Below, one piece after another: positions 1 through 11,387 of a DNA stretch of 64,000 bases. This stretch comes from Eukaryota sp. TZLM1-RC (lineage: Eukaryota > Protista > Metamonada: BaSk clade): positions 1,798,001 to 1,862,000 of the forward strand of contig JAUPSS010000001.1 of NCBI GenBank assembly GCA_040285825.1, read 5' to 3'. The first letter of the stretch is position 1. Each line of letters opens with the position of its first letter. The notes under the pieces are model-generated. The model ran no database searches, was not told where the DNA came from, and was given only the letters and a program-made list of their open reading frames with translations. A program made the translations under genes and the position numbers.

Positions 1-3000
1 GGTTCTAAAAAATGTTCGATTTGTGGTATCAGTGGTCATAATTCGAGAACGTGCCCTGAGAAACAAAAAAGAGAATTTGAATTAAAATCTGCTCAACAAA
101 TTCTCAAATGTTCTGTTCCAGCTGTTGCCGTTGTGAAAGGTGCTGAAAATAATGTTTCTGACGATCAACAGTTAAATGCTTCTAGTGTTCCCTCTTCTTC
201 CCCTTCTGAAAACAGTAATTTTTGTTGTCCATTTTGCAAAAAAAGATGTTGCAAATTCACGAAATGGTCGAAAACTTCTGTTTTGTACGAATTGTAAAGC
301 CGTTGATACCGTAAGACCCCCGATCCGGATCCCAGTAGAAATAAGTCCCGCCAGCACAATCCCCTTCTCAATGGAAATGAGAAATTTTACTTCTGAATTG
401 AAAAATAATAAGTGGAATATTTCATCCTTCTGGAAATATTTTGCTAGAAAAAACAAAAATTGTTTTAAGAAAAAATTTGGAAATAGAAAAATTGTAAAAT
501 CAAAAATTTGCCGTAAATTGTGCTTACGTGGTCGTTATGGTGCCGCAAAGCAGTCTTTGTTTTCCTCTTCTTTGGCTGATGCAAACTCTGATACCCTTGA
601 AAAACTTCAAAAGTTGCATCCCCAAGAAAATTTCAAGTGCAGCAAGCCTGAAGTGTGTCCATTTTGGATTGAAAATCCTATTACTGCAATTGAAGTTCTT
701 AAAGCTATTCAAAAATTGCCAAAGGGGAAAGCAGCAGGCCCATCTGGAATTTCTTTTGATCTGTTAAAAATAGCGTGTTCCAGTGCTCCCGAAATTGCTG
801 ATGATCTAGCCCACTATTTTCAACAATTGATTGTTTTGAAAATTAATCCTCCATTTGAATTACTCGCAGCACGTCTGATTGCTTTAGTAAAGCCTGGAAA
901 CGGAATCAAACCTGATGGAATACGCCCAATTGCTGTTGGTGAATCTCTTTCTCGTTTGCTAGCATCAATTGTCTTCGATCGTGTCAAAGACAAAGCTTCT
1001 ACATTTTTGAATCCTCATCAATTTGGAATCAAAACAATTGATGGTGCTTCTGTTGCTGCTATTGCCTCTGATACCTTTTTTAATGCAGAGGAAAATAATT
1101 TTATTTTTAATCTCGACTTTAAAAATGCTTTTAATTCTGTAAAGCGAGAAGTAATTTTTGAAGTTATTAAATCTGATTTTCCTGAGCTATCGAGTTTTTT
1201 CTACCATTTTTATGGGAAAGAATCAGATTTAATTTTTAATTCATTTGGTCTTAAATCATCTTCTGGAGTGAAGCAGGGAGATCCTTTAGGCCCATTATTG
1301 TTTTGTTTAGCTATTCACAAAACTTTAAATATCATTAAGCAAAAATACCCTTCTATAAAAATAGTTGCTTATATGGATGATATATCCTTGATTGGTTCAT
1401 TTGATTTACTAGAATTGGTTGCTCAAGAAATTGCCGATTCATATGAAAATATTGGGCTTCATCTTAATGCCAGCAAATGCCTTCTGATTGGCTCTTCTGC
1501 TCAAGACCTCGTGATAAACGATTCTATTGTCCCTTTTACTAATTATAGTAGTGATGCTTTTAAGTTCCTTGGTTGTTGGTTAGGAAATGTGCCTCAAATT
1601 CAGAATGAATTGCAAGTTATTTTGGAAAAAATGAAAATTGAACTTGATTCAATTTCTTCTTTAGATATAGAAAAGCATATTAAATTTTTCATGCTTAAAA
1701 TTTGCTACACTGGGAGAATAACCCACATTTTGAGATCTTGTGCTCCTTCCATAGCATTAGATTTTTGTCGTTCTTTTAATTCATTGAGAACAGAATTTTT
1801 TGCTGATTTATTGGATGTAGAACCAGGAATGTTGAAAAGCCATTTATTTTCTTCCAGCAAATTTGGGTGGTATTGGTTTTACTAAATCTTCAATTTTGTG
1901 TCAATCAGCATTCTTGGGTGGTGGCAAAAATTTTATTTATGAATTTTCTCGTAGATTTCCTGATGATTCTCATCTGTTAGTCCCCAATTGTAGTCCCTAT
2001 TTGTATGAGTTATCTTGTGAACTTGAAAAATTACCGCCACAAATTTGGACCAAATGTTTTCCTCAATCAATTCAAGAAATTCCAAACCGATCTCTATTTA
2101 ATTTACAGTTTTGCTGTAAAAGCTTCAACAAAAATTGTCAAAGATTTTTGAAAGCTTGGATTTTGATGTTAGACTTGGCTTGGCCAAGAAAAAGAATCCC
2201 GCTTTTGCAAATCTTTTACAAGATATGTGTGACAGTACTTCTTCTGCCTTAGTAACAACAATTCCACAAGTTTATGGTACTCTCTTATCCGATTCTGCTT
2301 GGACTCTGAATATGAGATTTCGTTCCTTTATCTGGCCTGATAATTTACCTCATAATTTAATTTGTAAATGTTCTCGAGAAATTACAACTACTCATTTGTT
2401 AAATTGTAAACATTTTATTACTTTTAGAAGCAAGGTTCATGATGCTGTAAGAGACCAGTTATATTGTATGTGGAAATCTCATAGAATTGAATCCTTCTTG
2501 GAACCTTTGTTGTCAAATCTGTTTGATGCTGAAAATGATTTTCATAAGAATAATAGAGGTGATGTCATATTACCTGGATTAGATGGAAGCTTCATTTTAT
2601 TGGATGTAATGTCTGTTGATCCTTGTAATGCCTCAAATGAAAGGCTTGTTAATTCTGAAATTCATAATCCCCTTTCAAATGCTGAAAATTTTAAATTCAA
2701 AAATACAATGAACCTTTGTCCAAATTGGCCAGTCTACAGCATGCAAAATACAATTTGTATCCATTTGTATTTTCCCTTTTTGGTTCACTTGCACCAACTG
2801 CTTTACGTTTTTTGGATGATTTTGAAATGATTGTAAAGAGAAGAACTGGCAGAAATTTCAACAGATTGTTTTGGCAAAATAGAATTGTGTTCTCTATTTT
2901 TAAGGGGATGTTGAAGATGGTTTCTGATGCTTTGCTTTCTCTTGGATCTCACTATGAGAGAGTTGCATCTAGTGTTTTTGTTTTGGGAGAGATGGATTTT

Positions 3001-3049
3001 TTAGATGTTGATTTATAGGTTTAGAATAAAATTAAATTTTAAAAAAAAA
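1..3049 (+). mobile_element. CRE-like RLE non-LTR retrotransposon, family A (5' end outside the window; ORF broken by single-base indels)
   Basis: CSICGISGHNSRTC knuckle at the window start. ORFs 176-1885, 1863-2252, 2135-2830 and 2716-3018 give RPIAVGE, LDFKNAFN, GVKQGDPLGP, YMDD, CKC..HLLNC, RGD..D, ending DVDL*, then a short 3' UTR with AATAAA and an A-tail. Confidence 0.93.
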
Positions 3050-5732
3050 TCAGAAAAAATATGATTTTTCAAAATTGATGGATCAACTTTTTTTTGTTTC
3101 TCCACTAATTTTTATTCAACAAACAAATATGAAATTCACAATTAAAACTCCACATCCTCAAAACCTGCCTCCCCTACATCAAAACAATCAATCGCTAAAG
3201 ATTCAGAAAATTTCCCAAAAGAAGATAGTGAATCAGAAATTAGTGTTACCATTCCCTTAAAAATAGAAAATACCATCCTGTTTTGCCAATAAACACGATT
3301 GAAAATTCTTCCAGTTCTTTCCTTTACAACTACAACAAAATCCTCAAGGAAAGCCATAGCAGCCTTACCTAGAGATCCAAGCAAAGAAAAAACAAATGGA
3401 CATAAATTATATTGGGCATGAGAATTTTCATTAACCGAGGAAATGGGTTTCGCATATTTAGCAATTTTATATTTTTCGCCTGCAAGAAGAGGATTATTCA
3501 CATCCGAGTTAATGAAATGTTCGTTAGAGGAATTACAAGGGTCAATAGACATGGCGTCCAAAATAGTAAAACTACCATTTAAACCAGGAACAACTAGATC
3601 ACCTCTAGTCAGACCCATAGAAGCTCTGTTGTAACGCGTACTATCAATATTGGGATCATCAAGAATTAATTTTGATAACAGCGGTTCTAAAAAGGAATCT
3701 ACACGATATGATTTGCACATTACATAAATTTGGTCCCTGACGTTATTATGCACTTTGCTTCTAAACGTAATGAAATGTTTACAGTTCAAAAGATGAGTAA
3801 ACAAAAGAGGTTTACCACATTTACAAGTTAAATGATTGGGCAAATTGTTTGGCCACAGAAAACAACGAAAACGCATGTTTAGAAGCCATTCATTGTCTTT
3901 TAACAAAAGTCCATAAACAGAGGGAACTTGAGTTACTAAAGCACAGCGGTTCTAAAAAGGAATCTACTCGATATGATTTGCACATTACATAAATTTGGTC
4001 CCTGACGTTATTATACATTTTGCTTCTAAACGTAATGAAATGTTTGCAGTTCAAAAGATGAGTAAACAAAAGAGGTTTACCACATTTACAAGTTAAATGA
4101 TTGGGCAAATTGTTTGGCCACAGAAAACAACGAAAACGCATGTTTAGAAGCCATTCATTGTTTTTTAACAAAAGTCCATAAACAGAGGGAACTTGAGTTA
4201 CTAAAGCAGCAGCTGAACTATCACGAATATCCTTTAAAAAATTACCGAAAGCGGGATTTTTAGTTTTGGCCAAGCCAAGTCTTACATCATAATCCAAGCC
4301 TTCATATAATTTAACCAGATGGTGCTGAAGCTTTTTCAAGCAAAAACGTAAATTTGGAAGTGATCGAGTGGGAATTTCTTGAACATTTTGAGGAAAACAC
4401 CGAATCCAGATATCACTAGGCAAATTTTCTAATTCAAATTGCAGTTGATTCAAGTAAAAATTGGATTCACCATTGATCAGATGAACATCAAAAGGGAACC
4501 TTTGGAAAAATTCAAAAACAAAATTTTTACCACCTCCCAAAAATGCTGCTTTACACAGAATCGAAGATTTGGTGAATCCAATTCCACCCAAATCTGCTGA
4601 ACAAAATACATGGCTTCGAATTAAAGATTCATTTACTTCTAATAAAGAAGAAAAAAATTTGACTCGAAGTTTGTTAAAAGATCTGCAAAAATTGAGAGAT
4701 ACCGAAGGGGGAGTTGACCTTAAAATATGAGTGAATTTTCCAGCATAACAAATTTTTAAAATAAAAAATTTGATGTGTTTCTCAATGTCACATTCAGCAA
4801 TAAAACTAAGATCCTTGTCAAACTTCTCCAATAAATTGTTTAACTGGGAATAAATTTCATCCAAATTGCCAAGCCAACATCCAAGAAACTTAAAAAATTG
4901 TTGGTCATAATTGATAAAAGGAATCTGAGCTCCACCAATCATCAAAGATTGTTTTTCTCTACCAATCAAGAGACATTTAGATGGGTTCAAAGTTAAACCA
5001 ATTTCTTTGTATTTCGCCGCAATGTCTTCAGAAACCCTAGAAATGCTTTCAAAAGAACCAATAATAGAAATGTCATCCATATAGGCAACAATACGCAAAT
5101 CAGGGAAATCTTGTTGTGTCATTTTAATAATATTATGAATAGCCAAACAAAACAGCAAAGGGCCAAGAGGATCACCTTGTTTCACACCAGAAGAAGATTC
5201 AAGGGTAAAGGAGTCAAAAATTAAGTCTGATTTTTTCCATAAAATAAATAAAAATATGCAGACAGTTCAGGAAAATCATGAAGAAGCACATCAAAAATAC
5301 AATTACGTTTCACAGAATTGAAAGCATTTTTGAAATCCAAATTGAAAATATATTGATGTTGTTGACTATTGAAAAAAACATCTGAAGTCATTGAAGCAAC
5401 AGAAGCACCTTCAACAGTTTTTATACCAAATTGGAAAGGCTTCAAATAGTCCCTTTAATAATCCTTTAAAAGAATTGAAACATGTTCGCCATGTAGATTA
5501 CCAAATTTGCCCATTTGCTTTTTTTGTTAATTTAATTTTAATTTATTTTCAAAACCACAGTCTAAAAGTCAATATCTTCAAAACAAGCTTCCACACCATC
5601 AAACCTTACAGCAGCAATGTTTTCATAATGTGCACTGACAGACATTAAAGCTTTCGAAATCATTTTAGGAATTGATTTGAAAATAGTAAAAACAATACGA
5701 TTTAGCCACAAGCGACGATCAAAACGCTTATT

Positions 5733-6360
5733 GTTTTTTATTATTTATTTTTATAAAACAAAACAATAGAGGGCGACCATTAGAAGAATTAGAGAGGAAC
5801 TTTCTGCAAAAAGGACAACTATGTTTCAAGACATTATCCGTAGGATCAGGAGCAACAGTTTTTGGTAAATGAGTTTGATCAATATTTAAATCATAATTAA
5901 CATCATCAGCAGAAACATTGGGAACAGGAGGAAGATTTAGTTCGGATGGCGTTTGCAAACTATTAACAATAGAAATATTGGTTTTCAGTCTCATTTTTTC
6001 GGTAATAATATCAGGACATTTTCTAATGTTATGACCAACCTTGCCACATTTGGAACAGGTATGTCTTCTTTTTTGCACTTTTTCAGGCGTAATATCAGGG
6101 GCATCACACAAAGGCAAAAAGTCTTTTTTAAAAATTTTCAAATTTTTTTGAGAAGAATTTCGAGCATAGCTAGGAGGGTGGGGAGAGTGGAGGAGTGAAG
6201 GGGATGAGCTTGATCTGACGGGTAGAACCTTCACTTGGGCATTCCAATCAGTATCGGAGTCACTATCAGTCTCTGGCATCGTTTTGGGAGAGACACAGTA
6301 CAACTTTGACGCCAACACAGAAAGTGAAAAATGAGAGGCTTGACCAAGGGAGGGAGAAAA
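5733..6360 (-). mobile_element. 5'-intact, 3'-truncated family B fragment with an A-rich tail
   Basis: Starts (T)nCTCCCTCC like full-length B, encodes SDTDW...CSKCGKVGHNIRKC...CPFC, stops at LLFC, then TTATAAAAATAAATAATAAAAAAC. TSD aaaacgcttatt at 5721-5732/6361-6372. Confidence 0.85.
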
Positions 6361-6537
6361 AAAACGCTTATTCATTCTTTTTTTCACAAACGCTTATTCA
6401 TTCTTTTTTTCACAAGATTTTCAAAATCATCAATAAAATTCAAAGCAGTTTTTCCAAGACGACCATACAACGATATAGCAAATGGGCAAATTTGGTAATC
6501 TACATGGCGAACATGTTTCAATTCTTTTAAAGGATTT

Positions 6538-8048
6538 TTTTTTCTTTTATATTTTTATTCAACAACAAATATGAAATACACAATTAAAACTCCACATCCT
6601 CAAAACCTGCCTCCCCTACATCAAAACAATTAATCGCTAAAGATTCAGAAAATTTCCCAAAAGCAGATAGTGAATCAGAAATTAGTGTTACCATTCCCTT
6701 AAAAAATATATATTAGAATTGTGTTTTCTATTTTTAAGGGGATGTTGAAGATGGTTTCTGATGCTTTGCTTTCTCTTGGATCTCACTATGAGAGAGTTGC
6801 ATCTAGTGTTTTTGTTTTGGGAGAGATGGATTTTTTAGATGTTGATTTATAGGTTTTTAATAAAATTAAAATTTTGGTAAAAAAAATTCCCTTAAAAATA
6901 GAAAATACAATCCTGTTTTGCCAGTAAACACGATTGAAAATTCTTCCAGTTCTTTCCTTTACAACTACAACAAAATCCTCAAGGAAAGCCATAGCAGCCT
7001 TACCTAGAGATCCAAGCAAAGAAAAAACAAATGGACATAAATTATATCGGGCATGAGAATTTTCATTAACCGAGGAAATGGGTTTCGCATATTTAGCAAT
7101 TTTATATTTTTCGCCTGCAAGAAGAGGATTATTTACATCCGAGTTAATGAAATGTTCGTTAGAGGAATTACAAGGGTCAATAGACATGGCGTCCAAAATA
7201 GTAAAACTACCATTTAAACCAGGAACAACTAGATCACCTCTAGTCAGACCCATAGAAGCTCTGTTGTAACGCGTACTATCAATATTGGGATCATCAAGAA
7301 TTAATTTTGATAACAGCGGTTCTAAAAAGGAATCTACACGATATGATTTGCACATTACATAAATTTGGTCCCTGACGTTATTATGCACTTTGCTTCTAAA
7401 CGTAATGAAATGTTTACAGTTCAAAAGATGAGTAAACAAAGAGGTTTACCACATTTACAAGTTAAATGATTGGGCAAATTGTTTGGCCACAGAAAACAAC
7501 GAAAACGCATGTTTAGAAGCCATTCATTGTCTTTTAACAAAAGTCCATAAACAGAGGGAACTTGAGTTACTAAAGCAGCAGCTGAACTATCACGAATATC
7601 CTTTAAAAAAATTACCGAAAGCGGGATTTTTAGTTTTGGCCAAGCCAAGTCTTACTTCATAATCCAAGCCTTCATATAATTAAACCAGATGGTGCTGAAG
7701 CTTTTTCAAGCAAAAACGTAAATTTGGAAGTGATCGAGTGGGAATTTCTTGAACATTTTGAGGAAAACACTGAATCCAGATATCACTAGGCAAATTTTCT
7801 AATTCAAATTGCAGTTGATTCAAGTAAAAATTTGATTCACCATTGATCAGATGAACATCAAAAGGGAACCTTTGGAAAAATTCAAAAACAAAATTTTTAC
7901 CACCTCCCAAAAATGCTGCTTTACACAGAATCGAAGATTTGGTGAATCCAATTCCACCCAAATCTGCTGAACAAAATACATGACTTCGAATTAAAGATTC
8001 ATTTACTTCTAATAAAGAAGAAAAAAATTCGACTCGAAAAAAAAAGGA
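6538..8048 (-). mobile_element. Family B element, 5'-truncated, nested in D(-)
   Basis: TSD tttaaaggattt at 6526-6537/8049-8060; RLE-region ORFs 6786-7439, 7421-7648 and 7680-7961. Confidence 0.87.
6706..6885 (+). mobile_element. 180-bp 3' end of family A nested antisense in B
   Basis: Matches 2880-3035; A-tail; TSD attcccttaaaaa at 6693-6705/6886-6898. Confidence 0.88.
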
Positions 8049-11000
8049 TTTAAAGGATTTGCATACTTTTTCCGTTTGTACAATTCGGAGTCATCAAGGG
8101 GGGATACTTCGGATTGAGCATTTTTCAAGGCATTTTTCTTGCAAACATCCACTGTTACGACATCAACAACATTCATGACATCATCAAACGAGGGCACAAC
8201 AACATCAGCACGTCGTTTTCCATATTCTGAATCTCTTACGCTTTCATTTATATCAAGAGACCTCAACAAAGGTTCTACAAAAGATTCAATATGATAGGAA
8301 TTACACATTGCATGGATTTGATCTCTGACTGCATCATGCAACGTAGAACGATAGGAAATATATCTATTACAATTAAATAAATGTGATAATGTCAAACCAG
8401 CTCCACATTTACAAAACAAATCATTGGGCAAATTACAAGGCCATAAATAACAACGCATTCTCATAGCAGTGGTCCATTGGTCGTCATTCAAAAATAGACC
8501 ATAAATCTGGGGAATTTGATTTATCAAAACTGCAGAAGAACTGTCCTTCAAATCAATCAAAAAATTGGCAAAAGCAGGATTTTCTTTCTTAGCCGTGCTA
8601 AGTCGAACAATAAAATCCTTGTTTTCAAAATTTTTCAAAAGATGTCGTTGGAGCTTTTTCAACGCAAATTTTAATGAATATAAACTTCTGTCTGGAATTT
8701 CTTGAATGGATATGGGGAAACATGATTGCCATAAGTCGGGAGATAAACTGGATATTTCTTCTCTTAAGTTATCCAGGAATATGCTATTTGTATTTTCAAG
8801 AAGATTTTCGGCAAAAGGATATCTTCTAGAGAATTCAAATACAAAATTTTTTCCACCACCAATAAATGCAGCTTTGGTCAAATATTTTGATGAATTGAAT
8901 CCAACACCGCCAAGTTGAACATCAGAAAAAATATGATTTTTCAAAATTGATGGATCAACAGACATTAAATAAGCCAAAAATTGGGTACGTATTTTGTTAA
9001 ATTGTCTACAAAAATTGTAAGTTAGGGATGGAGGTAATGATCGCAGTAAATGAGTAATTTTTCCAGCATAACAAATTTTCAAAAGAAAAAACTTAAGATG
9101 TTTTTCCAATTCAAGAGTCTTTATGACTTCTAGCTCTTTTTTAATTGAATTTAAATAATTCCCATTTGCTATATCGTTGTATGGTCGTCTTGGAAAAACT
9201 GCTTTGAATTTTATTTATGATTTTGAAAATCTTGTGAAAAAAAGAATGAATAAGCGTTTTGATCGTCACTTGTGGCTAAATCGTATTGTTTTTACTATTT
9301 TCAAATCAATTCCTAAAATGATTTCGAAAGCTTTAATGTCTGTCAGTGCACATTATGAAAACATTGCTGCTGTAAGGTTTGATGGTGTGGAAGCTTGTTT
9401 TGAAGATATTGACTTTTAGACTGTGGTTTTGTAAATAAATTAAAATTTTACAAAAAAAATTTTTTCTGATGTTCAACTTGGCGGTGTTGGATTCAATTCA
9501 TCAAAATTTTTTGATTGATTTGAAGGACAGTTCATCTGCAGTTTTGATAAATCAAATTCCCCAGGTTTATGGTCTATTTTTGAATGACGACCAATGGACC
9601 ACTGCTCTGAGAATGCGTTGTTATTTATGGCCTTGTAATTTGCCCAATGATTTGTTTTGTAAATGTGGAGCTGGTTTGACATTATCACATTTATTTAATT
9701 GTAATAGATATATTTCCTATCGTTCTACGTTGCATGATGCAGTCAGAGATCAAATCCATGCAATGTGTAATTCCTATCATATTGAATCCTTTGTAGAACC
9801 TTTGTTGAGGTCTCTTGATATAAATGAAAGCGTAAGAGATTCAGAATATGGAAAACGACGTGCTGATGTTGTTGTGCCCTCGTTTGATGATGTCATGAAT
9901 GTTGTTGATGTCGTAACAGTGGATGTTTGCAAGAAAAATGCCTTGAAAAATGCTCAATCCGAAGTATCCCCCTTGATGACTCCGAATTGTACAAACGGAA
10001 AAAGTATGCAAATCCTTTAAAAGAATTGAAACATGTTCGCCATGTAGATTACCAAATTTGCCCATTTGCTATATCGTTGTATGGTCGTCTTGGAAAAACT
10101 GCTTTGAATTTTATTGATGATTTTGAAAATCTTGTGAAAAAAAGAATGAATTCATATTTGCTGTTGAATAATAATAAATAATAATAATAATAAAAAAGAA
10201 TGAATAAGCGTTTTGATCGTCGCTTGTGGCTAAATCGTATTGTTTTTACTATTTTCAAATCAATTCCTAAAATGATTTCGAAAGCTTTAATGTCTGTCAG
10301 TACACATTATGAAAACATTGCTGCTGTAAGGTTTGATGGTGTGGAAGCTTGTTTTGAAGATATTGACTTTTAGACTGTGGTTTTGAAAATAAATTAAAAG
10401 TATGTTAAAAAAATAGTCCCTTGCTTTAGTAGAAATTCTGTTAAAAATAAGCGAAGAAAGCAATCTGGTTAATGGCTCTCCAATGGCAATTGGTCTAACT
10501 CCATCAGGTTTGTCACCTTTACCAGGTTTAACTAAAGCAACTAAACGGGCAGCAGTCAATTCAGGCGGAGGAACATAATTTAAACACATTAAATTTTGAA
10601 AATAGGAAGCAAGATCCTCAACAATTTCAGGAGCAATTTTACAGGCAGTTTTTAACAAATCAAAGGAAATGCCTGAAGGACCAGCAGCTTTTTCTTTTGG
10701 TAATTTAGCAACAGCATTCAATACTTCTTGAGCCTGAAATGGATTTTCGAGCCAATATTGACAAATAGAAGGCTTACTGGGGCAAAAATGTTCAGTTGGA
10801 TGTAGGGATTTCAATTTTTTAACAGTTTCGAGATTGGTATCAGCCAGTTTTCCCGAAAAAAATATTTTTTAATCCGCTTCCGCCATGCTCTAAATTGCTC
10901 TAAATTGATAACTTATCGTTCTTCATTACATGATGCTGTTAGAGACACTGTTTTCAATATGGCACAAACTGCAAGGATATCGTGTATCAAAGAGCCCCTG

Positions 11001-11387
11001 CTGAAGGAAACACTTTCTCTGAATAATTTTGGTTCTGATGATAGAGGTGATGTATACTGTGATTGGATTGATAATTCTGAAGCTATTGTTGACTTTGTCT
11101 CATGTAATGTTGCAAACGATACTTTGGTTCACAGAAGAAAACTAAATCCTGTGGCTGCTCTGGATTTTAAAGCAAAAGAAAAACATAGAAAATATGATAT
11201 AGAAATTGAAGATGCAAATGTCGATAGAAATACACAGCTGGTTTTTATTGCTTTCCCATTTTCGATAAATGGAAGATTATCAGTTGAAGCAGAAACTTTT
11301 TTGGATGACTTCCAAAAAATGGTGAAAGAAAAAACAATGAAAAGATTTGATATTTTTTTATGGCGTTCACGGATTCAATTTGCCATT

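Larger units (their letters stand above)
5520..9160 (-). mobile_element. Family D element, 5'-truncated, inserted into D(+) and itself interrupted twice
   Basis: TSD cccatttgct at 5510-5519/9161-9170. ORF 8009-9109 carries CKC..HLFNC and RAD..D motifs. A-tail at about 5520. Confidence 0.85.
5456..10410 (+). mobile_element. Family D insertion made of two head-to-tail 5'-truncated D segments (5459-5519 plus 9161-9459; 9460-10410), antisense in B
   Basis: Each segment ends EDIDF* plus an A-tail; the pair is bounded by one 12-bp TSD. Confidence 0.75.

Noticed and set aside
236-246. Shared A7 frameshift before the RT in both young A copies (also about 59350) as a programmed frameshift
   Set aside because: Repeat units 1 and 2 have A6 in frame, families B and C read through this region without a shift, and the shift needed is +1. 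Homopolymer error or an inherited mutation is simpler; read pile-ups would settle it.
176-1885. RT as a group II intron, retron or DGR enzyme
   Set aside because: Poly(A) tails, TSDs, 5' truncations and the RLE domain identify non-LTR retrotransposons.
8047-9460. Apparent twin-priming inversion of a D element
   Set aside because: TSDs at 5510/9161 and 6526/8049 explain it as nested insertions.
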